From positions 62,001 through 126,000 of the forward strand of contig CM082589.2 of NCBI GenBank assembly GCA_040954595.2: a stretch of DNA of 64,000 bases, given 5' to 3'. The translations under genes and the position numbers were made by a program. The stretch's first letter is position 1, and the number at the start of each line of letters is the position of its first letter. This stretch comes from Balanoglossus misakiensis (lineage: Eukaryota > Animalia > Hemichordata). This document shows positions 26,669 through 39,064 of the stretch, in pieces. The notes beneath the pieces were generated by a model. It saw only the letters and a list, made by a program, of their open reading frames with translations. It was not told where the DNA came from and did no database searches.

Positions 26669-27206
26669 TAGCTGCAATGATTGTAGCGGCCAGTGCTGCT
26701 TGGTTGACTGGTGTGCAGCATAACCGCTACAAGGCCTTGTGTGTAATTTTCCAATCAACTTTCTGTCGTCAGCTCAGTTATGGGGTTGAACTCTTACCTC
26801 CGATAACATTTGAAAACCGAACGGGTGCATCCCCCTCAAAAAACACCTCCGACGCCCAAATTTCCTCCAAAATTGTCCTGCTTCCATTAAAAAAACGATA
26901 AACCCACTGAAGTTTCGCCAATGTTTACAAACTTTGTCCGCCATGTTTGCTCTAACATGGCGGAACACATCGGCGAAACTGCAGTGCATTTATCGTTTTT
27001 TTAATGGAAGCAGGACAATTTTGGAGGAAATTTGGGCGTCGGAGGTGTTTTTTGAGGGGGATGCACCCGTTCGGTTTTCAAATGTTATCGGAGGTAAGAG
27101 TTCAACCCCATAACTGAGCTGACGACAGAAAGTTGATTGGAAAATTACACACAAGGCCTTGTAGCGGTTATGCACCTAGCAGCACCCGCTACAATCATTG
27201 CAGCTA
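26669..27206. mobile_element. 538-bp foldback/palindromic non-autonomous DNA transposon with 9-bp TSD
   Basis: Termini TAGCTGCAATGATTGTAGCGG...CCGCTACAATCATTGCAGCTA; about 180-bp apparently identical inverted arms (about 26719-26901 vs 26990-27172); flanking direct repeat CCTGTACGC (26660-26668, 27207-27215). Confidence 0.85.
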
Positions 27207-27982
27207 CCTGTACGCCTGTCAACCATGCATGGCATACGGACACTACATCTAGGCGAAATTCTCTGAAGAAGTTTGAAAGAACGTATCATAAAATACTTAC
27301 TGTTTCGCCTTCTCACTCTTTGGAATAGTCGTGTTACTTTAAAAGTCTGCTATTTACCGTGTAAAACATCAATCTCGGTCGTTTTGCACAACTCAATACA
27401 GTCGCTGCTCACCTCATGTGACCTTTGACCTACAAATTTATCGTTCGTCAAATCATGCAAATATCATGAATATATTGTGATAATTTAACTTGATGCACGA
27501 TTTTATCAATTACGGTCCAGTAAAGTTTCTAGGAAAGGGTAGTTTTAGTTTTAAACATATTTTAAAAAGATTTTAATTAAAAATATGAGCAAGTGGTATT
27601 TTTCATAAACGCCGGTAGTATGTCTGCATATTCAAAAATTTCCAACACTTGGTGGCGACATTTACAATTCCCGAACAGACCTTGGTTGGCCTTTAATTTT
27701 AGATCAGGAAAAAGCAAGAACGTCACAGCACAGGCCTATAAAAGACTCCAGAGTGTAAATAGGGGGTGGGATCTTGCGCAAAGTAAATTGCCAGTTGGCT
27801 TAGGTTTGGATCGGAGTGGACGATCGGGTTGTGCATCAAAGAAGTCGCGTGTATGTTGCTCCGACGTGCTGTTGTCTGAACCCAGGTGAAATTTGATCTG
27901 TAAACAACAAACACTTCGCGAACGTGCGTCTGATTGATTGACCCCTCATAAGTTCATATATGATATGATCATCAGGACCGAA

Positions 27983-30900
27983 ATGGCAATCATGTCGAAC
28001 ATCCTTCTTGTTGCAGCGATCACTCTGATTTTGCAGTGGACGCCTGAAGTGTCCTCACAGATCATGGTTGCTGTTCATTCCAATCAGGTACAGGTGTACT
28101 GTTAAACCAATGGGCGTACGAGAGACTCGCGTATCCATGGTTATACTATAACACTGCAATAGTTGTAGAGTTGGGTCGCTGTTTTCACTTTCTGACTAGA
28201 ATCGCGGACATAGTGAATGACGAAAGCAGCGATACCACCACAATTATGAAGTGTTTGTACCATGGTAGCCCTATGGTAAAAATGATACCATTTTACAATC
28301 GTAACCATATGTTGTTCAGTTGTTGCTATAAATAGTTACAGACTGCGACAATTACTAACGTATGCACTTATGAATTTGATTATTTGCAGGATACCAATGT
28401 AAAGAATGTTGTGGTTCGAAGAGATGTTGATGAACAAAATGAAGCAGAAACTCAGGTAATGACCATTAAACAAGTCATTTTCCATAATTATTATCAAATA
28501 TCATTGGAGTTCACCCCGAAAATGTCAACTGGAAGGTGTCTTGAAAGTGCATGTATTTCTGGATGTTAAGTGTCTCATTGGAATAATCTGAAAATTTGTA
28601 TACAGTCAAACCTGTGTTAGTGACCACCTCTATATAGTGACCACCTCTATATAGTGGCCACTATGTTACAGTCCCTGTGCAATTCACATGCGCATTAATT
28701 GACCTCTCTATAAAGACCACCTGTCTATAAAGGCCAGTTATGAAAGTCCCTTGACTGGTCACTATACACAGGTTTGACTGTATCATTTTTTTTCAGCCAC
28801 TGGACATTTCAAGTTTGCATGTGACTTCATCCATTACAGCCAGATACTCCAAGTCGGTGGTCAGCAGCAGAATGACCAATGACCAGCTAGAATCTAGAGA
28901 AGGTGTTTTTCAAATGCTTCTTCCAGAGACTGCCTTCATTTCCAATTTCTCCATGTAAGTAAATGATATTAATTTCATTGTTATTGCGCCAAATTCCTGT
29001 TGGTACCTTTCAAAGGGTAAATTATATGAGTGGTTTCCATTTTCTCCTTGATGTTTACAGGGAAATCGGAGATGTGATGTATTACGGAGTCGTCAAGGAC
29101 AAAGTTCAAGCCCAGAAAGAATATGATGAAGCAGTAGATCAAGGTCGCACAGCGGGTCAAGTCAGTGCAGAACAGTAAGTGACATTTGTGTCAGATCTTC
29201 AAAGGGTAAATTGGACAACTAGTGAAACTAGTGAATCAGTAATCTAGTGTGGGTTGAAGTAAATTACTGTAGTTCAAAGTGTGATAGCATAAAGTGAATT
29301 TCTTTCCTACACTCTCCCAGATCCAGTCGTGGGTTCACACCTTTCACCATCTCAGTCAACGTAGCAGCCCAGAGTTCAGTCACCTTTACATTGGTCTATG
29401 AGGAGCTGTTACGGAGAAGATTAGGCATTTATGAACACAGAACAAGTATTAGACCTGGACAGGTCAGTGATATCAAATGTTTGAGGAAGTGATGACAATG
29501 AAACTATAAAAGAAGTTTGCTTTCTAAAGATATAAATGGTTAAATTATATTACATTATAAAAGCAGTTCCCTTTTCACTCTCTGAGGCTCCAGTTGTAGT
29601 TTTCAAACCAATGATATTAAACCTGTATATAGTCTTCAACCTACTTTTGCTAACATCATTGATTTTTCTGGCCACTGACAGGTTGTCCCCGATTTGAAAA
29701 TTGATGTGTTTCTGATAGAACCGTCAGGAATTACAGCTCTTGTTGTACCCGAGATACAAAAAGATGATGCAGCTAGGGCTACTATTGATGATGATATGTT
29801 CGCCATGGTAACAGTCACTACAAGTGACGATGACAAGAGCGCTCATATTTACTACTACCCATCAATGGCACAACAATTGGAAGAATCTGAAGATGGAATC
29901 GTGGGAAATTTTTTGGTTTTGTATGATGTGGCACATCATTACAATGCTGGTGAAATTTTGGTGAGTTTACCTTCACTCTTGTAGACTCAACTGAAAATGT
30001 TTGATTGGTCAGATCTTTACTTTCCATGTTATGTGTGAAAATACACACTTCTTTAGTAAGATTGCCTGTTTGTCCATTTCAGCTGGATGGAGACTACTTC
30101 GTTCATTTCTTTGCACCGCCCTCTAGTGGCAGCCAACTCTCTGTGTTTCCAAAGAATGTCATCTTCATCATTGATGTCAGTGGATCCATGTCTGGAACAA
30201 AGCTGGACCAGACTAAGGATGCCATGAAGTCAATTTTACTGGAACTTGAGGAGTTTGATCGGTTCAACATTTTGACGTTCAGTGATGAAGTGATGGAGTG
30301 GAGGACAAGCGAGCTGGTTTCCGCGACAACGTCCAACATCAATGCAGCCAGGGCATATGTTGAATCATTGAATACTATTGGAGGTAAAATCCATGTAATA
30401 CGCATTGCTATGGTAACATATCTGGCCATCCATACATGACCAATGAAATGGGGATGGACAATACTTGTGAACCAATTATCTGAAATCTAGAGTCACTTTT
30501 CACTCTAAACATTCACCGTTCATTCATGTCACCTTTCAGGAACCAACATCAATGATGGCCTCCTGGAGGGAATCACTTTGATGAGAAGAAATACAAACTC
30601 GGAGATGAAATCAGTCGAAATCCTGATCATGTTGACAGATGGAGAACCAACTACAGGTGTGGTGATCACAAAAGATATCCGGTCAAATGTTCAAAGAGCC
30701 AACGCTGGGCAATTTGCCATTTTCTGTCTCGGATTTGGTGCCAATGTAGACTTTGCATTCTTGGAAGCTTTGTCTTACGAGAACAACGGTCTTGCACGGA
30801 AGATTTACGAAGATGCTGATGCAAGTCTTCAGTTGACTGGATTCTTTCAAGAAGTGGCAATGCCTATTCTGGTGGATATTGAAGTCAGATACATTGAAAA

Positions 30901-31600
30901 CACTGTTGCCTTGGATACAGTTACTGAGAACACATTTGTTAACTACTTCAGTGGGTCTGAGATAGTGGTTGCTGGCAAATTGGATGAAGGGAACAGTGTT
31001 GGTGAAGTGAAAACTATAGTGACGGCAGTATCAGTAGAGGAAGATATTGAATTGATTGGAAACAGGAACAGAAATGTAAGTTTGGGGAATGTGCTGTAAT
31101 AGAATAGAATGAGTGTAAGGGCAAATTCCATCATCATCAAGTTCCATACCAAGGAACCCTACACATGTGTGAAAATCTTAAGTTAATCTGGATTCACTTT
31201 CCATTTTCAGGACATGCCAGACATAGTGACAAGTTCCAATGCTGTCGGTGGTTTCACAAAACGTCTCTGGGTTTACCTGACCATCAATGGACTCCTCCGG
31301 GAATCAAAATCCATGGAAGAGAATTCCGTTATCAAGAACGCCACGATTGCCAAAGCATTGGAGATGGCTTTGCAGTATAATCTTGTCACTGAATTGACAT
31401 CCATGATAATAATCGGCCCTGACATAAACTCCACTGATTTGGACGGAAGTCTTCCTGGTTTGATGGAGAATGATCTTGCCATGGCTGGAGCGGGAGGAGG
31501 CAAGGTTTTCTCGATGAATGCTGGTGCAAGCATTCTTATGTCAATAACATCACTCAGTCTACTTGTAGCATTAGCCAGCGTAATGTCAAATTTAGTCTAA
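27983..31600 (+). CDS. Inter-alpha-trypsin inhibitor heavy chain-like protein (signal peptide, VIT, vWA, hydrophobic C-terminus)
   Basis: Exons about 27983-28087 (signal peptide; alternative in-frame ATG 27965), 28390-28455, 28797-28954, 29061-29175, 29321-29462, 29682-29960, 30083-30383, 30540-31075, 31211-31600. Motifs LPETAFISNFSM, YEELLRRRLG, DGDYFVHFFAP, KNVIFIIDVSGSMSG (MIDAS), MLTDGEPT, ARKIYEDADA, RLWVYLTI, VTELTSMI. Confidence 0.9.
28603..28780. mobile_element. Tc1/mariner (pogo/Tigger-type) MITE in ITIH intron 2
   Basis: TA|CAGTCAAACCTGTGT...ACACAGGTTTGACTG|TA with internal GACCACCT(C/G)TATA sub-repeats. Confidence 0.85.
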
Positions 31601-32144
31601 CCTGTTGAGTTTTGTCAAGTCTGGTTTCTTTTTTTATCTGAGATTATGGAACTACTGTTTATTGTATGAAATGTAAATTTTATGAATAAGATGCGACAAA
31701 TGATCATGATAGAGTGATATAAGCTATAGATTCATTGACAGGGAGGGACCATCTCTTTTAAAGGGTTACGGTCACCACCAATTTACATATGCCCATATAT
31801 GGCATCTAAAATTTACTGTGACAAGTTTCATTTTAATACTATGCAGAGAATGTCAAAGAAGCACTGTTACTATTGCCAAGTTTTATACAAATTTGTCTCA
31901 ATACTGTACGGATTTTGTATTAATACATCTTTGTAAACTTGATTGTGATAATGATTGACACTGTGAATGATAGAACAGAATAAATGATATTTTCATTTCA
32001 AGTTCAGCACTCGCAGAGTATGGGTGTTTAAAAAGTTTATTACAGCACAAAAAAATAAGTATTCTCAAAAATAATTCAAAGTTTAGATGAAATAAATTGG
32101 CAGTGATGAATGAGAGGAAAATTTCTCTGCAAAAGTCAAGTTCA

Positions 32145-34472
32145 CTATGAATCAGTTTCATTTTCACCTGGAGATGACTCTTCTTCTGTGTCCAGTTGGA
32201 AAGGTGGTATGTTTGAATCTGAGTCACTCTCTGAAGATGATGAATTTGTAGTTGTGGATTCTGGATCCTCATTGTCTTCTTTTGCTTCTTCACTTCTCTC
32301 ATCATCCTCTTTATCGTTCATCAGCTCCTGGTTAACAAGAGAAGTCATCGTCAATGACAGTATCCTCACTGGAAAAACAGGTTTACAATCCAAACAAACA
32401 AAATTGATCTTTGCGCGGGTAAATCCATCGGCAGATGTCTGACAATGATTTAGGGGGTTAATAGATAAATAAATAAAATAGTAAACAAAGTTGACTTACC
32501 CGAATCAAACCGGCAAAATACTCTGTCTGTCCAGCCAATTCTGATAGTCTTTCAACTTCACATTTTAATTCTTGCACAGAATGATGGAGCTGTAAACAAT
32601 ATGTGTATGCTCCGATAATTTCATTTTCATTTTTTTTCCTTCCTGAGACTAGTAAAGTGTTGACACCAAAGTGGGCTAGCACGAAGCTAGCATAGCACTC
32701 TGACCATGCACTGATCATGTGGCTGTCATGCATTGATCATGCTCTGATCATGCCTGTGCTGGCAAACCTGTCCCTGATTTGTTCATCCTTGCCACACTTG
32801 CTTTCACCCTGTCATGGTTTGTGCGCCAAGCAGTATTGCTGCCAGAATAAATCTGACCGTCTTCAGGTTACTACTAAAACTGACTAGGGAGATTGGTTAA
32901 CAAAGTACAGTCTCTCCACACGCTGAACAAACTGAGAACTTTAGGGTTTTTTAGTTTAACTGATGCATGTCTCTTACCTCTTCATTTTCCTTGAGGGCAT
33001 CCTCTAAAGCTTTCCTTCTTTCTTCTGCTAATTCTTTCCAGTATGATTCCGGCACAGGTTCTGGAATAGAGAGAATGCACACATTACATTTTGAAGAGAA
33101 TCAGCATGCCTTCAGCATAACATGTCACTGTCTATGGAAAATGCATTGTGAAATATTACAGTAATCATGATGCTATGCATAGTATCAATGCTTACCATTT
33201 ACCATCAGCTCTAGAGCTTCTTCTGCTAAAGACTTGCTTTTCTGGAAGTGAAACAAATGTAGAGATGATAGTCTTGACAGTCGTTCAAAAATTCATAACT
33301 TTACACAAGCCAGTTCCAGTTATTCCAAGGAACATTACTTAACTCATACCTTTGGGGGAGGGGGGTGATATTTTTGAGTGACTTTCCATGTCAATTACTG
33401 TGTATGACCTTTTGAATTGAATTAATATTGTACCTTTTCTTCTTGGCTTTTCACTTTTGGATCTTCATATATAATTGGTGCAGATCCTGCTTTAGAATTT
33501 TTGGTTTTGTTTGTTTTGTCAGTCTTTGCTTGCTTGTTGGGCTGATTGTCACATTCTCCCATCTTCCTCTTCCCTTTCCTGACAGTCTGCAAATGGTCAA
33601 GAAAAAAAATAAGAGTCAGATTATAATGAAATGCATAAACATTTCACACAAATGCACACCATATGAGAAAAAGGAAAATACACTTACATTTTCATCATTG
33701 CACAATCTGACCAGTCCATTAGATCCAACCAAAACTGACTGTTTTCCTGCGCCTGGCTGAAGGATTTGAAGTGATTTCCTTTCTCCTTTTGTGGCAAGTT
33801 TTTTAGGGTTCTTCCGAGCCGGTGTAAACATCTTATTCTGTCCACTCATTGTACTCATGCTCATCATTTTGCCAGGTGCATGTATCTCGCCGTCACTTAA
33901 ATCATTTGAACGATCTGATTCGGATCCACTTTGCTGAAAGTAAGAAAAGAGTGCCAATATGCAACATTGTCATGATTGTGGCCACAGGTGCCAACAGATA
34001 GGGACCCCATCCCTAAGTCCCTAACCCTATTTTTAGGCACCAGTGATTTTGGCTGCTTCATCAATTTTATCCAATTTCATGTTGGGCACTCAGCCCAACT
34101 CCCTTCTCTAATGCAAGAACTTATTCCCCAGTACATACACAGTTTGGTGTGTTGAGGTGGACATCAACAATAACTCTGTGAATATGCCAGTGAGGCGCAG
34201 CGTTCATCATAGCTGGACCACAGGTCCTGCATCTGCCATATTCAAAATATTCACATGCCTGGTATTTAAACATGGACGCGACGCTTACGTCGAAGTCTCT
34301 AAACGTGTGTCAGAGTTCGTTGATTTTAGCACGGTGTAAAGTTTCCACTAAGACAATAAACTTTAGTACTATGCAGCATTACCTTCAATTCTTGTCTCAG
34401 GGTGTTAAGTCTTCTAAATACGGCACATTTTTCGACTGGGGGTCGGTTTTGTACGGAGGAAGGAGCTGCCAT
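32145..34472 (-). CDS. GMNN: Geminin (replication licensing inhibitor)
   Basis: First exon 34383-34472 (MAAPSS..); D-box-like RKSLQILQP (about 33760-33785); coiled coil YWKELAEERRKALEDALKENEE|LHHSVQELKCEVERLSELA; acidic C-terminal tail to stop at 32145. Confidence 0.85.
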
Positions 34473-34482
34473 CTTGTAATCA

Positions 34483-34525
34483 TTCAAATTTCCCGGGAGC
34501 CTGATCTTTACACCTCACCTGATTG
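34483..34525 (-). promoter_or_regulatory. Geminin cell-cycle promoter elements: E2F/CDE-like site, 4-nt spacer, CHR, and CCAAT box
   Basis: Minus strand CTCCCGG-GAAA-TTTGAA ending about 10 nt upstream of the ATG; CCAAT at about 34521-34525. Confidence 0.6.
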
Positions 34526-35182
34526 GTCAATTTCACGTAGAGCGAAATAAACCCCTTGAGCAAAATCTACAAAAACATCGAAAAAAATGAGAAAAAACAC
34601 CAAACGCGTTAGGAAATTCACAGCTATGACGTGGCAATTTTTACTAAATTAAAAAAAATGAAACATTACCTAAAAATATATTCAATTACTGTGGCGACCA
34701 AAGGTCAAACAGTTGGGGATCCAATCACAACCTTCGTTATTTTTGGATACTGTTGTGTAAATGTCTCTTGCATGCGCGCACGAGATTGATCTTGACATGA
34801 CCCTTTTCCTTCAGAGGTCACCGAGTGAGGGCTTGTTTCACATGTCGTGTGTAGATACACAGCGAGTGTGACAATTATTACTGGTATTTTAAGCTTTTTG
34901 ATGCTTTTGTGTTTATTTGTCAACAAATGCGGCCTTGGTCCACTGCATTCTGACTGGATGAATACATTCTGAGCGCAAGAAGTCGCCGAGAAGCTCAAGT
35001 AATTATTTTGCAGGAGAGATCAAGTGTTGTCGACGAGGACACGTTCGGGACACTGAAACCAAACTTTCATCTTTGTGTGACATTGACAGGAACCGGAGGA
35101 GTAAACCTCATCTCAGCGTCTCCACAGCAAAGAGAGTTTACTTACTTTCTGTCGGAGACCTCTAAAAGTTTCTGAAGCCGTA

Positions 35183-36718
35183 ATGACATCGGCTGAGGTG
35201 ATAATGGCGACAGAAAACCAAGGAAAGCCAACGGGTGTGGACAGTCTCCCTGAGTCTGACGATGTAGTAGTGACAGGGCACGAAACAGCTACAGACGAGG
35301 AGGGGAGTGTGGACGTTTTCATAAACAATGTTGTTTCTGTATTTAGTACAAGATGTCATCTCAACTTAAAGCGAATAGGAATGGAAGGAGTGAACGTAGA
35401 ATACAGAAGAGACTCTGGGGTAGGTATCAAATTATCGATCATAGTATTGATCAATATTGATCTGTAACAATATAGTGCAGAAAAGATGATTGGTGTTTGA
35501 TTTCTTGTTTTGTTTTTCTGCAGAAAGTAATGATGAGATTGCGTGACCCATACTGTACAGCTACTATTTGGTCATCGGGTAAGATAACATGTGCAGGATG
35601 TACCAGGTATGTAGAAATGTCCTTTCATAGACAATTCTTCTCATTGGTTTAGTTTAAACCTTTCCGCATATGTCATAGTCAAGTTCAACTTGTCATTTTA
35701 ACAAACATTATCCTCAGAACTTTTACCATTTTTTTCCTAAAACAGTGAAGGAGATGCAAAAAGAGCTGCCAGAAAATACGCCAGAGCATTACAGAATATG
35801 GGATTTAGGGTAAGGAATGCTGTTACGAAAAGTTGGCCTTGAGTTTAACCCTTCCACCCCCAGTTCCCTTTATAGAAGTCCAAACTTACCATAGAAAACA
35901 ATGGATTTGGACCAAACCATGGTGGTGAAAGGGTTAAAATGTAAATGTGGATCCATCACGAGTTTGTTCATGTATGATTCAAATGCAACTACATTCATGT
36001 AATTTCTGTATATTTTTCGTGGCAGGTACGGTTTTCCAACTTCAGAGTGGTGAATGTTCTTGGCACTTGTTCTGTACCATTTGGCGTCAGGTTAGGGGGC
36101 TTCTCAAAAGAACACAGAGGACAAGCTAAGTGAGTTTCAGTTGTTTCATTTTTTGTAAAAATCTTAATAGTGAAGTTTATATCATTATACCCATCAACAG
36201 ACACGTTTATGACAATAATGACACTAACACATGCAACTTGAGGTGCCATGCATATTGCCATACAGTGTATACACATCTGCTTTTGGTTTGCTGAAAATAT
36301 TTCCTCTTTTTTGTAGCTATGAACCTGAACTTCACCCAGCAGTCACATATAGAATCAAGTCTCCTAAAGCCACCCTCAAAATATTCTCAACAGGCAGCAT
36401 AACCATTACAGGTAAGCCAATCAGAGTGTCATATTTACTTATGTGACAGCTTTTGACCATATTTGGGAGTGTTTCATTTAAAGAAGGCAAGGTCTCTCTG
36501 TTTTGGCCATTGCTGAAAAAAATATAAAACTGTAACATCAAGTTAGTTACATGAAGTTGTACCATGCATCATCAATTGTCCTCATAACTTTCCTTTTACT
36601 TTTACTTTTCACAGCACCATCGGTGGAAAACATCCAGTTAGCTGTCCAACACATATATCCATTGGTCCATGAACACAAGATGCCAAAACCAAGGAAACCA
36701 GACGACGATAGTGATTAA
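35183..36718 (+). CDS. TBPL1: TATA box-binding protein-like 1 (TRF2/TLF)
   Basis: DVFINNVVSVFSTRCHLNLKRI, KVMMRLRDPYCTATIWSSGKITCAG, AARKYARALQ, FSNFRVVNVLGTC, YEPELHPAVTYRIKSPKATLKIFSTGSITIT, AVQHIYPLV; six GT-AG coding exons. Confidence 0.93.
35849..35933 (+). mobile_element. 85-bp piggyBac-like (TTAA) mini-MITE, copy in TBPL1 intron
   Basis: TTAA|CCCTTCCACC...GGTGAAAGGG|TTAA; internal CCATAGAAAACAATGG shared with other copies. Confidence 0.8.
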
Positions 36719-39064
36719 AGACACTTGTACATTTTGATGTTTGTTTTCAACCATAGACAGTTTCCTTGGACAAACCACCTGAGGGCTTTTCTGAATTTTG
36801 ATATTTGTTTCCAACGTTGGACAAACCACCTTATAGTAGCTTGTTAGGGATAGTACTTAAGGTTTACTCATAAACTGGAATCTTCTTTTGGAGATGAGTT
36901 AGAATTGAAAGGGAAGGGGAAGTTCTGTTTATTGTTGTAGGAGGAATCATTTCATGTTTGTAGGATAGATTTAGCGATATCATGGCCAGTTTTGTAGCAA
37001 ACATTCTATAAAAAAAACTTTCCAGAAAAAAGATAAAAATTGAATTTTCCATACACATTCCTAGTTCAGTTTTCTTTGATTTTGGGATGCGGAGTTGAAA
37101 CGGTTTTGTACTCATAAAGGGTAGAAGTTGTACACTGCCCCTTTCCTTTAAAGAAACAAGTATTTGTTATTTTCATAGTCAGTCATCCCAAAAAGTTTAT
37201 CTACTTTCCATTAAACTTGTTGGTACAAAGGTCAGTATATGAATAAAACCACACGTTGTCTGAATAATGTTTGAAGTGTGTGATATATCCTTACCAGATT
37301 GATTGCCCTTGATACACAAATGAAATACTGTAATTAAACACAATAAGAGGGCTCAAAATCATTTGAATAAATAACAATTTTATTACACAAGATAAAAACA
37401 CTTTACAAATATTTGGCATGGCTTTTATAAGATTATTAACTCCTAAAAACAAACGAGGAACACCAAAAAATTCAGGTGATGTGCTGATCACACCATTTCA
37501 AAACCTAAAACGAAAGGTTGGTTTTACTCACCATTGGGGACGCTGCACTAGTCAACTAAACTTGAAATCCTAATCCCATATGGAATAAAAAGAATGCTTA
37601 CTTTGCAAGCACAAACATCAGAATCAAATAAAAAATCAAATCACTTCCTAATTTCACATAAAAAATTACTCCAAAAATGAGTTGAAAGCAATGCAGAATA
37701 ACAAAAACTACAAAAAAGTTTTAAAAACTGACCAAAAGTAAAAACTAAAAAAGACTCAAGAACACAAAAATATATCTTTCTAATGTCATGGAGTTTTCAT
37801 AATCTTTGGTTGGTGTCAAGTGACTGGAAAACTAGAGCTGAACTGCCTAAGTATCATCTGAACCACACTTATTTTTTTCTTGTAATGAGACATCATGGAT
37901 CACCATGAATGAAAAAAAAAACCCACAGAGAAATCAAGTTCTGTAGATCAGACTGGATTTTGGACAGCAAAGGTTAGATCACACAGAATATGAATTTTCA
38001 AGTTTTAATTCAGATGGAGAGCCTGACATAGCAAATTAGAACCAACAAAAAGAATCAAGTACAAACTGCAATGCAACCTACAAGAAAATTATAACTAATT
38101 TGTTTATTTTTACAAAATGTACCTACTGTAAAATTTGTCAAGGTGTCTGTCTTATCATCTCATGCCCTGAATCACTAATGCCCGATAAAACAAATATTAA
38201 ACTCTAAAGGTTTCAAGAATAAAGAACTCTAAAATACTGCAAACAAAACGGCACAATATGTGTCTAAGTTCACACCATCTTTGTCGTATTTATAAAACAC
38301 AAACTAGTACATGTATACCATTTGAATCAGACATTGCAAGCTGATTCATGACATGTTACACCATATGTATCTGGTAGATCACTGGTGTTTGCCATCCTAT
38401 ATTAACTTAAATGCAAAGCTCTGCTTAGCACACACATTTAGAAGTCAAGGTCACTGTGTATTCACATATGTACATTTAACAAAAAAGACAATTAGATAAT
38501 TTGGCCCCTCGCATAAAATGCACTGTAAATGTTTAAAGGCTGTATTGTGTCACAGTTTCAACCCCATATTATTCCTTGGAAATGTTACAGTTGGGTTTGT
38601 TAGCTTTAGTCAAGTGGTATAGGCCATCCAAGTACTGGTAGATGTACAGGAGGGGGTGAAAGGGTCAAATTTAAAACCTCATCTTCAGCAAAGAATTACT
38701 CAGTTATCCTCTACCGTGTCTACAGAAAATGGAGTCTGCCAACAAGTCTCAGAAACAGTAAGCACTTCCAAATCAACGTCTGGATCAATTTTGACCAACA
38801 GAATCATTAAAAAACATGGCCAAATAAATAGCTACTGACCTTTAAGACCAATTTGACGTACAAGTGGATCTTGGCACAGTGGCACACACCTATCATCTAT
38901 GGCTGACTGATTTCTTTGCATTGTAAGCAAGGATGTAAATTTTGGTTCATGGGGGTCAATGTGATCACCTTTCATGATCTATTTCTAAGGTATAATATTC
39001 GTGCACCTGTTGGAAGAGTCAGCTGACAAAGGCATTAACCAATCAGAAGACAACTGGATGAACT

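Noticed and set aside
26596-27175. Two ORFs on opposite strands with the same peptide (HNRYKALCVIF...LKKR)
   Set aside because: By-product of the inverted repeat arms; no recognisable protein family.
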